Part shown: in pieces, positions 12,401 to 23,700 of the stretch
How the letters are laid out: each line of letters starts with the position of its first letter
How positions within the stretch are numbered: the stretch's first letter is position 1
From: Oopsacas minuta
Taxonomy: Eukaryota > Animalia > Porifera
Length of the DNA: 64,000 bases
Assembly (NCBI GenBank): GCA_024704765.1
Contig: JAKMXF010000221.1
Location: 62,001-126,000, forward strand
Direction of reading: 5' to 3'
Position numbers and translations under genes: made by a program
The notes under the pieces: model-generated
Database searches by the model: none
Told to the model about the DNA's origin: nothing
The model's input: only the letters and a program-made list of their open reading frames with translations

Positions 12401-14747
12401 ATCAACCATAGCATTATTCGCGTATGCCTGTCTGACTACCTTCTTCATTTTATGTGGTATGAAATTGAACGTAGGGTAACCAGGGATATAATCATCCAAA
12501 TTAACACCATTGAGTAGACCAGTAGGGAGAGAATTAACTTCATAAGGGAATGAATCAGGAGCTAGTTCTTCTTGGGTAGAGAAGCAGGGAGAAATCTCTG
12601 GTAAGTAGTCGAATGGAGGTTTTACAGATTTCTGTCTATCAGTTTTATAAGAGTAGCTAAAAATTCTACCTGGCTTGTTTCTACTAACTTCTGCCTCTGT
12701 TAATTTCTTGTATAGACCTGCCATAACAATCTTCAATCTATCTACTTCTATAAATGGGAGCAGAACAACTGATTCCCATTCGTGTGTTTTACCATTAAGA
12801 TCTGTTTCAAAGGTAGAAGGATAGAAATCAATTATAGGAGAGTTGTTATCAGACATGAGGTACTGGAATGGAGATGGTACTATTTCTTTACTGAGAGTAG
12901 GTAGGACAGACATCAGCTGTTGGTAAGGCTCAAATGGTTGAGACAGATCGAACTCAAGAGTCATATTCTCTACATCAAGTATATCAGATACAAACGGAGC
13001 ATAATGGTAGGGGTAGAACCAGCTCCAGGAGCGTACTCCCTGATAGTAGTACAGTAATACCCACTGTAAGCCTAGAATGTATTGATAAGCTAAGTTCTGT
13101 ATAAACGGTAAGTCAGCTTCTGGAGAGTTTAACTTGAATTTATTCTCATAATATCTACGCTTATACTTCTTGAAGTCTACACTGAAATTAATATCTGTAA
13201 ATGCTTCTTCTCCCAGCTCCATAGGAACCAGGGAATTCTCATTAAGTGTTTGAATATCTAAGAAAGTATCGTCAATATCCTCTTGATCTTCTAGAAGCTC
13301 TTGAGGGATCTGAGAGATACCCAAAGAGGAGAGTTCCTTATTTATATCCTCTGGCGTATCAGTAGGGGTCATTACAAAATCAGGATCCATACCCATGAAG
13401 TCTGTGAAAGGTTCTAACTCTTCATTTTCAGGTTCTTTAGCTTTTTCTTTATTCTCGCTCTCTACTGCTTCTTGAATCTTTCTAGCTGCCTTCTCAGAGC
13501 GCTTCCTCCTTATAAAAGCCATGCTGACGTAATGCTCTTGGAATTCTTGTAAATCAAATTCAGCAAGAGATGAGATAAACTTCTGGAAACGAGGCCGGTT
13601 TATCCTCCCAGCATCAGAGATGTACCCATCTAATTTAGGTAGGATATCCATATATTTCTTGTGTAAATAAGGGAGACCCTCTTGTTTTATGTGTAAGCCT
13701 GGTAGATGAGGAACAAAGTCATTACCAGCTAGGAACCCCATTAATATCCAGTCATCAATCACCCTGTCAATGTCAAACCTAAAGTTCATGTGTTCTTTCA
13801 AGTCTTTGAAATCAAACTCTAAATATTTGCGTACAATATTGAGATGAAGCAGATTGAATGTTTGATCTTCTAAGTGCTTGCTCTTTTTGGCTTGTCCATA
13901 TCTGATAATAAGACAATATAACCAGATAAATTCATAAATGTATATAGTATTACTATCGTACTACTACAGTACAGAGATAATTACAAATAAGATTCACAAC
14001 TAACTTTATCTCTTCTCTGAGGATGGAGAAATGTGGTTCATGTGTAATTAATCCCAACATGATGAGATCTGCGTCTAGTCCGTGTACACAGTGACGTGTG
14101 TTAGGTCCATAATTGGGCTGTGATCTACACCAACGGATATAGTCCATAATCTTGTGCTCACCCTCTCCTGCTACATTATGCCCTGTCAGCATCACCTCTA
14201 CACGAGACCAGAGCGCGTCAGTAGATAACTTCTTTTGAATGAAGTACTTGAGATAAGTCTGTAGCCTGTCCATGAAATGAGTACCTGGTGTAATGCAGTT
14301 AGAATCAAATCTAGGTTTATCTGGTAGATTCTCTCCTCTACTCTCCAGCTCTTTATAATGCTCCATTGCTTCTCTAGCTGCACGGAACCTACACAAACAA
14401 TACAATATCTAATGTTATCAGACCTCAACTAGCTTGTATAAATACCTCCTCCCTCTTTGCTGATTCATTTTTGCTCTAGGAGCTACTCCATCCACAGCAA
14501 GGAAGAACAATTTTCTCGGTTTTATTATCTTGAAGAGATGTTCCAGGTAATGACCTATCTTATGGAATACCTCACTCTCATCAAATACAGGGTTAGGATC
14601 TGAATCATCAGGATGAGAACATTGATGGATTATTCCATTCATGTCAAGATAGAAATTATCAAACTCTGGTATCTGATAATCGACTACAGCCTGGAGCATA
14701 CACGGATATCTCTGACTCAGCCAAGCGAAAAACTTTGGTACTCCCAT
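9416..14747 (-). CDS. XRN1: 5'-3' exoribonuclease 1
   Basis: MGVPKFFAWLSQRYP, FDNFYLDMNGIIH, AVDGVAPRAKMNQQR, FDSNCITPGT, GEGEHKIMDYIR, GLDADLIMLGL, GNDFVPHLP, SWFYPYHYAP. Two short introns are followed by a ~4.5-kb terminal exon. ATG at 14747. Confidence 0.98.
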
Positions 14748-14956
14748 TTCCAAGTAATTAATTAATTAATTATCTGTAATTCTAAGTAAAAAGAGTATAA
14801 ATTTGAGAGAAATGGAAGTAACAATCTAGAACTATTAAGTACTCAGAGTACGAACAAGTTTCAATTTTTGCTTAAATACGCATCGGGAGTTCGTCAAACG
14901 AAAATTAATATTCACGTATCCGGGAGTTAAATAAATTTCCTAAAAACCAGTTACTA

Positions 14957-16240
14957 TTACACAACAGGTACTATGGATACATTTCCCATCCGATTCTTAA
15001 TACTAGTCCTTTCAGCTTTGTATATCTCTCTAGTTTGCTTCTTCCTATCTCTAGCCTCCCGTCTCTCTTTCTTCACAGCTGTCTTCCTCTCTCTCTTATC
15101 CTCACTGGACTCACCCTTGACCCTCAGGTGTATGCCTATACCGGAAAATATACTGACGTCATCAGTAGAAACATTATCAGGATCCTTCATCTTGAGCTCT
15201 GTATTTGTCTGCTTGCTCTTAACAGGTAGAGTTATAAGCTTAGGGTGGTTGTATAGATTAGAATAAGTACTCAATATAGATTCACAATCCCACTGCTCAA
15301 CTTCTGGAGGCTGGAAAAATAATGCTTCTAGTTTGCTATCAATGTCACTGTCAGAAGAGCTCTCTGTATCTCCACATATTACAACTTCGGTATTATCGGC
15401 TTTGATAGTTGTATCATCAAATCGAGTTTGTTTGAATTGCTTTAGAATATGTTCAAGTAGCTGATCACAGCCTGTTGTGACGTCATCAACAGCAACTACC
15501 TCATCCTCTTGTACTCCTGTCATACTCCCATCATACTCCTCTATGAGACGCTCGAACTGAGCGTCAATCAGCTGTTTGCCTTCATTCCTAGCCACTGCTG
15601 ATGAAGTCATTGAACACTCAGTAAATTTAGATTGTCTGTCATCATCACAGGATTGAACCTTAACCTTATCCTCTTTAGACCATGGATTAAAGTCACCCAT
15701 TAATTCTGCCCATTGTTCAGGTGGTGCTCCATACTCTCCAGAGAATAGCTCACCCTCTGGCACCTGGTTTGCTTGGAACACGAAGTCGTCCTCTAACCTA
15801 CCGTCTGGATCAGAGAAGTCAAATTCACCTTCTAGTGCTGCTTCTATATCTTTGTCTACGAACTCGTGCTGGGTCCCTAAGAAGGGATCAAAGGGGGGTA
15901 GAGGGGGCAAGAGGGATCTAGAAGGGAATACATCAGGAGGTAGGTCTAACTGTAGAACAGGCTCCTTTTTGAGTAGAGTTGTTTCTCTCATTGTCGTAGC
16001 AGATTTGATGTGTTGCATATAATTATAATCATCCCCGAAGTATATGCCATACTTTTTCTGTTCTTCCAATTCATCATCAGATTCATCAGATCCTAAATCT
16101 CTACAAAGACCAGTTAGGGGGGCTAGGACCATCTGAGGGTGATCAAGTTCCTTGGAAAGGGGATCATCTTGACTCCTGTAGACTAATTTGTAACATGTTG
16201 CGGTCTTTTTGTTGATCCATGGTTTCTTCTTTCTACCCAT
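14957..16240 (-). CDS. LTV1: LTV1 40S ribosome biogenesis factor, intronless
   Basis: MGRKKKPWINKKTATCYKLVYRSQDDP, YGIYFGDDYNYMQH, WDCESILSTYSNLYNHPKLI, KKERREARDRKK. Confidence 0.95.
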   Translation of the reverse strand: MGRKKKPWINKKTATCYKLVYRSQDDPLSKELDHPQMVLAPLTGLCRDLGSDESDDELEEQKKYGIYFGDDYNYMQHIKSATTMRETTLLKKEPVLQLDLPPDVFPSRSLLPPLPPFDPFLGTQHEFVDKDIEAALEGEFDFSDPDGRLEDDFVFQANQVPEGELFSGEYGAPPEQWAELMGDFNPWSKEDKVKVQSCDDDRQSKFTECSMTSSAVARNEGKQLIDAQFERLIEEYDGSMTGVQEDEVVAVDDVTTGCDQLLEHILKQFKQTRFDDTTIKADNTEVVICGDTESSSDSDIDSKLEALFFQPPEVEQWDCESILSTYSNLYNHPKLITLPVKSKQTNTELKMKDPDNVSTDDVSIFSGIGIHLRVKGESSEDKRERKTAVKKERREARDRKKQTREIYKAERTSIKNRMGNVSIVPVV

Positions 16241-16268
16241 TTGGCCTTAGTAAATAAATACATAATTG

Positions 16269-16880
16269 CAGTATATGCGAGATATAAGAACACCGGTTAT
16301 AAGAACCTTAAATTGATTTACTTATACTAAATCTTTTGTATTCTACTCTCATAGAATTGTTACCGGTTAGTAAGAAAATTTTACTGGAAAACGGTTGCCA
16401 TGCACCCCAATATAATTATGCCGGGTATAAGAACACTCTTATTGGTTCATATTACCTGTATCAGAGGTAATCCTGTTCCCCCGAACATTATTCACTAGTG
16501 AATGATGTTTAGGGAAACATCTTCCCTAGGAAACCTTGTTTCTCCGAGTGTATCTCCTTGCACACTTAGCAACACGTACGCGGGTCAAGGAAACAGAACA
16601 AGTATTCCGTAGAGAATCCTGTTTTCCTAAACATCATCCACAAGTGAATGATGTTCGGGGGAACACTCGGAGAAACAAGATCCCTATGACACCTGTATGT
16701 TTGTAGAATTGGCATAAATTATACAGTAGATATGAGAACAGTTTTCCATAATATTTTCCTACTTCAAAATCTGTATAAATGAAGTCTGTCTAAATGAACC
16801 GGCACCCACAATTTACTACATACCGGTTATAAGAACATTATTTCCAGTTCCGACGATGTTCTTATATTCGGTATCCATTA
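16269..16880. mobile_element. Degenerate non-autonomous DNA transposon (Tc1/pogo-like) with subterminal CCGGTTATAAGAAC repeats and internal palindromes
   Basis: TATAAGAAC motif at ~16283, 16293-16306, ~16421 and 16823-16836, and inverted at 16858-16866. The internal inverted repeats are described under findings. Confidence 0.5.
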
Positions 16881-17483
16881 TATTTGAGTATTTTGCTTAA
16901 TGGCATAAACAATATCTGCCTCGGGATAGTCGCCCACAGACCAGCTGATAAAAATAGTACAAACAATAGATCATGAAATAGGATTGGTGCAATCGTTCAA
17001 AAACGATAAATATGACCAGGTATCGGAGCCATGAGAAGCGCTCCACTTCCAACGGTACTACATCGATAGATTTGAATCTGCGAAATACTGAGGATTCAGC
17101 AATTTGGTTACATGTATATAGTATCGTGGAGAGCAAGCTTTTTCGGATATCGTAAATATATACATGCACCATTCGAGTATTGAATAATAAACATTTTATA
17201 TTACGCATCAATTGGCATGTTAGTATGTAATTATGTTAGCAACGATGAACGTAACAGAAAGATATTAGTGATAATTATAGAATAAATAAGTTTATTCGTA
17301 TATCCTTCACAAGGCAGGTACGCAAGATATACTAAGTACAATAAACAGACAAATATAACTAACACAAGCAAGCAAAGTTCAAACAATAAACGGAAATTAA
17401 CTGTGCGTATAAGGCGAGTCACAACAAACATATATTATACTCTACTAACGATGAGGTGGTTGTAAGAGAGCAATGGGTAAGAG

Positions 17484-20400
17484 TTAAGCCCAGTACATAA
17501 GGCCCTTCCTGATAAGCATAGGCTTACGTTTCTCATCCCAGTTGTTGTGTTCATCGCTTCCTTCGCTCCTGATGGAAGAGGCATCATCCTCAAAATTAGT
17601 AGAATTCATCGCTCTTAATGCTACCCAGTGAGCGTAATACACTGGTGCTGGTATAGATACAGCCTTGGTGCATCTAGCATACAGATGACATAAATGGTAT
17701 GTCAGAGTCTGTAGAGAGTCTGAATCAAAGTTATTGTCATCCCACAAAACGTGGTAGTGAGTAGGGCGACTTGTTCCTTGCAAACCGAAATGACTACACA
17801 GGTAGAAATCAAATTCAACTGGGTGTGTAACATCTTTGTCTAGGACACAACCTGGAGGAACGTTATTCCCTTTCCCAACAGCACAACCTCTGTCTCGACA
17901 GAACATCCTCAAGTGATGACGTTTCTGGACACAAACAATTGTAATACCAGGCTGGTAGTCAGGTGAGAAACGCCTACATGCTCTCCTCATTGACGTCATC
18001 TCTCTATTGAGGACTGCGCGGAACTGACCCTCAGAAACCCCGTCTCTGTAATAGATAATCCTCTCGGGTAGCCTTCCTTTACAGTTCTCACGGAAAGCTG
18101 AAATCAGTTCATAACACATATCATCAAACTTGTCTATCATCTCCAAACGTTCTTTTTTCTTCGGCATACCATCCACCTGGTTCTTGCTCTCCACAGAACG
18201 ACTGTGTTTCTGGAACCTCACAGAACTAACGTATTTAGCTAGCTTAGAATCAATAGACCCTACAGCTGCAGCTATTGACGGCATAACTTCATCCATACCC
18301 ACGTGTGGATGGTTAACATCAGCTCCTATGAACATGATAGGTTTCTTGAATAGCTCACCAAATGATGTATTACTTGTATCAATATCATGATTAACTCCTC
18401 CTAGCTTAGCGTTAATCTTGAGACAAATGTTAGCAAGAACGCTCTTATTTGCTTTAAATATGTTCTTATCTTTTATGCACTGGGATAGGACGCCAAGATC
18501 TGAATCACATATTCTCTTTATGTGTTTGTACATATCCTTATTAGGGAGAGGATAAGGTTTCTTCTCATTAATAAATAACATAAACATCGTAGGATTGTAC
18601 TTCTTGTGCAGATCATCGAATTCTTTTTCAATTTGACTGATTTTCCTGAAATCGTCATCTTTGCTGTTGATTTGAGGTGATTTGACGGTAAGAGGATCTG
18701 ATATCATGACCCCACTGTTCCTTCCTACATCTTTTAACTCATCTAGGAATTTGTAGAATGTGTCTTCTCGAATGCCAACAAAATCTAGAATCACCCAATT
18801 GTCCAGTTTCATACCATTTTTGAATTTGACTCCCCTGAGATCCCAGGAGCCATCTCTTGGAGAAACCTCTTTATTCTGGTACCGTAATTTGGGTGCATCA
18901 AGTACCCTTCCCTCTGTTTCGTACATCCTGGGGTTTATCTTTATTCCGTAGTAATCGAGTAGAGGAGTAGGTACTAACTCTCTTTTGGCAATATCTTCAG
19001 TATTCCACATCCTTTTATCAGCTGGTTTAGCTGCAGAACGAATCATCTCTGAAGTCTGATCAGCTGTGAGTTTTCCCTTCTTATGTTGTCCTCTTACAAT
19101 AGTACACAGCTCCATTGGTAGTAGTGTAGTACCTTTACTCCCAACAGCAAGAAGTGGGAGATATGGACATTGTAACTTTATCTTGTATTTATTTAAATAA
19201 TACTTCTCGATACTTGTTGTAGAGCCATCTCCTAGATCGAATTTATGCTCACTAGCTGATTTCCCTAGAATTTTACGTTTTTCATTGCTCAGCTTGTACA
19301 CACGATTATATCCCATGTGTCTTGTGCTAACCTTCAACCCACAGAGGTGACTCTTGACTTCACCTAGATTTCTTCCTCTCACTGCATCTTCTGGGTACCG
19401 AGAATTTGTGAGGTCAAGAATGAAATCTATAACATTTGTGTCTTGTATCATAGCTGTGTATGTTACATCAATATTGATGAAAGGTTTCCAAGTCCCTGGC
19501 CTGAGAGATTGGTAGTAGCCTTCCCATATGTCACAACCTTGTCCCAGACTCACTTGGTTATTTCCTGGATCGAAGTAGTGGCTCCTACCAATCGTATTAT
19601 AGCGTGATTTAGGGAGCTGACTGAGTATAACTTCGATTACTTGAATGGCAGATCGACCCAAATCAAATTCAGTCTGTCTGGTCTCAGCTGTTTCATATGG
19701 CTTTTGTCTGTTGATAAATTCCTGCAGTAAAGAGAGATCTACAGAACCAGTGTGCGCTATCTTGACTGTATTGGTACGCTTCCTGCCTCCATCTTCTTCG
19801 TCCTCCCAATCAATCTCGAATTTACGCGGTGATCCATTCCATAGTAGTTCACGAGCATATAGAGTAGCTCTACCATCATATACAGGGTGTTTTCCTTGGA
19901 GTTCAGCTGCATATTTTTTGAGGAGAGCTTTCCACACAGACTTGCATACGTGTTTCTGTATGACTGCTCTTTCATCACCACTAGCCATATTGAATGTTAT
20001 GTCTACACGGTATTGATTGATTAGACTATTTTGAGGAAGTTTCATTTCAAAGAAGTTAATCTTCAGAGGAATTTTCCATCCCAGAGTTCCACACCCTGAC
20101 TGGGGTCTTGCGGGAGGGTAGAGGTTAGACACGGATAGATGGGTACTACTGGTAGCGCTAGAACCCATATGGAAGCCATTAGTTGTGTGTGAAACACTTG
20201 GAGGAGAGCACGAAGTCACTTCTGGAAATCGAGATGCACCAGTCGATTCCTCACTTCCAGTTGACTCAGGTGACGGTACAAGATTAGTGAGGGAAGGTTC
20301 TGGTGAGTTCTCATCTGGAGTAAGAGATAGTATATCAGGAGTAGAATCAGGACTGTCAGATGGTGTTGAAATAGGAGGATGGAAGGGTACAGCAGGAGCA

Positions 20401-20528
20401 GTAGTAGCTCGATCATTGATTCTCATTTCTTTGTAAGAGTCATTGCTTCGTTGTTGAGAACCTCGACCCTTTCCTCTTCCTCCACCACGCCCACGGCCTC
20501 CGCGGCCTCGATTACCTCTGCCAGACAT
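17484..20528 (-). CDS. AGO: Argonaute (AGO clade), intronless, ~1014 aa
   Basis: N, PAZ (IEKYYLNKYKIKLQCPYLP...LPMELC), MID and PIWI motifs: KINAKLGG, GADVNHP, RDGVSEGQF, QKRHH, FYLCSHFGLQGTSRPTHYHVLWDDN, SIPAPVYYAH. ATG at 20528 (MSGRGNRG). Confidence 0.98.
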   Translation of the reverse strand: MSGRGNRGRGGRGRGGGRGKGRGSQQRSNDSYKEMRINDRATTAPAVPFHPPISTPSDSPDSTPDILSLTPDENSPEPSLTNLVPSPESTGSEESTGASRFPEVTSCSPPSVSHTTNGFHMGSSATSSTHLSVSNLYPPARPQSGCGTLGWKIPLKINFFEMKLPQNSLINQYRVDITFNMASGDERAVIQKHVCKSVWKALLKKYAAELQGKHPVYDGRATLYARELLWNGSPRKFEIDWEDEEDGGRKRTNTVKIAHTGSVDLSLLQEFINRQKPYETAETRQTEFDLGRSAIQVIEVILSQLPKSRYNTIGRSHYFDPGNNQVSLGQGCDIWEGYYQSLRPGTWKPFINIDVTYTAMIQDTNVIDFILDLTNSRYPEDAVRGRNLGEVKSHLCGLKVSTRHMGYNRVYKLSNEKRKILGKSASEHKFDLGDGSTTSIEKYYLNKYKIKLQCPYLPLLAVGSKGTTLLPMELCTIVRGQHKKGKLTADQTSEMIRSAAKPADKRMWNTEDIAKRELVPTPLLDYYGIKINPRMYETEGRVLDAPKLRYQNKEVSPRDGSWDLRGVKFKNGMKLDNWVILDFVGIREDTFYKFLDELKDVGRNSGVMISDPLTVKSPQINSKDDDFRKISQIEKEFDDLHKKYNPTMFMLFINEKKPYPLPNKDMYKHIKRICDSDLGVLSQCIKDKNIFKANKSVLANICLKINAKLGGVNHDIDTSNTSFGELFKKPIMFIGADVNHPHVGMDEVMPSIAAAVGSIDSKLAKYVSSVRFQKHSRSVESKNQVDGMPKKKERLEMIDKFDDMCYELISAFRENCKGRLPERIIYYRDGVSEGQFRAVLNREMTSMRRACRRFSPDYQPGITIVCVQKRHHLRMFCRDRGCAVGKGNNVPPGCVLDKDVTHPVEFDFYLCSHFGLQGTSRPTHYHVLWDDNNFDSDSLQTLTYHLCHLYARCTKAVSIPAPVYYAHWVALRAMNSTNFEDDASSIRSEGSDEHNNWDEKRKPMLIRKGLMYWA

Positions 20529-20796
20529 TATTAAAGATAATAAATCTGTAGCTAGTATATAGAACAATTGTTCTAGCTAATAAAGATAATTGTTAAATGA
20601 ATATTTAGATATGACAGGCATATTAAAGGTTTTGAAATGGAAGTAAGACAAGTGTGTCTTTAGTTATATAATTGCATAATACATTGCTGTAACTGTCGTA
20701 TTGCCAAAATTATACAGTATAATACGTATGTAATTTCATATTCTACATATACGTAGTCAGATATCGTTACCTATTTATTGTATTTCACATTATATC

Positions 20797-23700
20797 TTAT
20801 TCATAAGCAACAGAGTAGAGATCTTCACCAATCTCAGATATCAACCTGCTAAAAGAGATATTTTCTAGATTTCCTATAATCGCTATAACAATTCCACTGG
20901 GCACATCCTTGGTACCTTCATGGACACCCTCCTCCCCTCTAGGTAAAATCAGGAGGTAGCTAGATGCTCCAACAGCTCCTCCAGAGTGAAATACAGAAAA
21001 TCTCGCTGACTCATCTTCACTACGAACTCTTAACTGCTCTAAATTTGGCTTTATAAACCAACCTAGACCGATACATACTCCCTTATCATTAGTCTCAGTT
21101 TGACAGGCCCACATTTTCCTAACTATTCCCTGAGACAAAGCATACTCATTACTGCTATCTACTTCCTCTATTCGTTCAGAGGAGAGTTGATACACTCCCT
21201 GATAGAAACCTAACATAGTATTAGCAAACCTAGAGATGTCTAGGACATTAGATAAGAACCCACCTCCCGCCCATTTATATGAGTTATCAACATACGGTGT
21301 GTTTGTAAGCTTGTTACTCTTTCTAACGTAGTTCTTACTCCTATGAGAGAGGATAGGGCTATTCTTATCTTCATGAGTGCTGTATAGCTTATAGGGAGTA
21401 AACACGTTATTATGCATGAAGGTTAGATAAGATTGTTTAGCTGCAGTCTCAATAACAGCACTTAACAGAGTCCATGCGAGTGTTGAGTAGAGATAGCGTG
21501 TGCTAGGGGCGTGAACAAGAGAATCATCCTTGAAGATTTCTAAAGACGATTGGGTATCGGAGAAGTGAGTTTTGTTGTGCCATTCAGATCCCTCTTCCAT
21601 AATTTTAACAATCTATATATGGTTATACATATAAATCTAATATAACAATATGAATATTATGAGTCGTGAATTAACCTTGTGTTTCGAGCTGGCCTTATTA
21701 AACTCATCAGCCTTTATATAGTTTCTTATCCCTGACATGTGTGTCAATATGTGTCTAGTTGTTATAGTAACTTCTTTCTCTTCGAATTTCTTAACAGGAA
21801 ACTCAGGCACATAAGTTTGTATCGGAAGGTCAAAATCTATTTTCCCTCTTTGCCAGAGAAGAGCCATACCCGAGGCAGTGAGAGGCTTACTAATGCTAGC
21901 AATACGCATTACAGTGTTAGGGGTGCACGGGACAAGATTTTCTACGTCAGAATAACCGTAGCCTTTACTCCATATCAGCTTACCGTCTATAGATACCGCT
22001 GCACTGATACCTGGAATACCTGAAGGGAGTATGTGATGGTAAATTTTATATGTACGTATATCGATAAACCATCGAAAAGTTAATAGGTGATATCCAACAC
22101 TCAAACATTAGAATAATTACATATGGTAAACTTCTCTAATCGTTAACTACAAGCACAATACAATTAATGGCAGTGTATGAGAGCATACAATTAATGGCAG
22201 TGTATGAGAGCATACAATTAATGGCAGTGTATGAGAGCATACAAATTAATGGCAGTGTATGAGAGCATACAAATTAATGGCAGTGTATGAGAGCATACAA
22301 ATTTAATCCATTCGTGCTAGAATCCTTAAATTCTAATTACTGTAGGGTTTGAATTTCTAAAAAAATTCCATATATGAAGTTAGATAACTATGTGAGAATT
22401 AATCGTACAATTATCGTTACAAGTGGGACCTACAAAGATCACGATCAACAAACACAAGTATTATTAATATCTGCTATACAATTGTATTAAATAAAATTCC
22501 TTACATGAAATAATTATCTTTGAATAATCTTCAGAGTAGAAATAAATGCAAAAATAGATAAATATAATACAAAGGGGGAATAATTAAACATATTTATAGT
22601 TGCTGAAGCAAGGGTTAATTCCTAAACAGGACTAAAATAGAATTTTCAGATGTTACAAAAGAGGTAATTTCCAAACACTCAAATATTATTATTAGACTTT
22701 TAGTATTGCACTAGTTACCATTGAATTATTAATAAGCGAATAATGTCTAATTATAGAAACTTATTAAGCAACTATATATTCAATTTTTCATTAATCAGTT
22801 TGGGAATTTGGGATGATGTAAGAGGAATAAGATAGTCGATAGAAATAGCTATAGTCAGCCATAATATTGTTGACACCCCTCCTGTGAGAATTAACTAACT
22901 CTTGTGAACAAGAGATAAAATTCAATCTCCATTTAACTCATCAATGGTGTCTATGTTGTAAAACAGAAATAAAATAATTTAGGGGAGTTGCAAATTGATG
23001 AGGTATTAGGCGGTTCCACTGTACCAGCAAAAGTTTCCAGTGATTGCAAAATATTTGAGACGAAAGCGAAAGTTCCGTTTTAATACCTTAATTTAAATAC
23101 CAGACTAGTAAATGATAATATGAGATTTGACACTATAGCAATCAATCAATCGTTTTAATCTTCAATCAATTCTTTCTTGCTCTTCGATATCTTTAGATAT
23201 TTCTTAACCCCAGTTCTATACTTGTTCAAATCTTCCCTCAATTTATCTCTCTTCTCTCTCTTCTTCCTAATTATAATCCTACATAAAGGAGCTATACAAA
23301 CTAAACAGGGCAAATAGAGGAAGAAGCAAGCACCTAGAAACCAATCCACTGTGTTCTCACTAACTTGATGTCTCTTGTGGTACTTGCTTTTGCTTCCAAG
23401 GAAACTGTCTACGAATCTTCGTCTTCTCCGTTCTTTATCTCTACATAAACAATCCTCAACCAACATTTTCAACACACCTAGCGTTAGCAGTAGCGTAATA
23501 ATCGTGACAATAATCTTAACAGGGTCTTGCATCTGTTTGATTAAAAAGCAGATATAACAAGGAGGTCTAACATAAGTAATATTCAGAGAGTATAGACTTT
23601 CTGAAGAAAAACATTCTGATTGTAACATACTCATATCAAGCGAGGTATTAGCAGTGGTATTAGCAGTGGAATTAAGTGGTAGTGTAGGTTTCGTACTCAT

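Noticed and set aside
16897-17431. Two short minus-strand ORFs downstream of Argonaute
   Set aside because: Their composition is that of AT-rich 3'UTR or intergenic DNA, with no domain signal.
20797-22104. Bacterial beta-lactamase acquired by HGT, or contamination
   Set aside because: It has spliceosomal introns and an upstream exon with a targeting/TM region, matching the metazoan LACTB layout.
22158-22302. CRISPR-like array
   Set aside because: The units are contiguous with no unique spacers, there are no cas genes, and the context is eukaryotic. It is a simple minisatellite.
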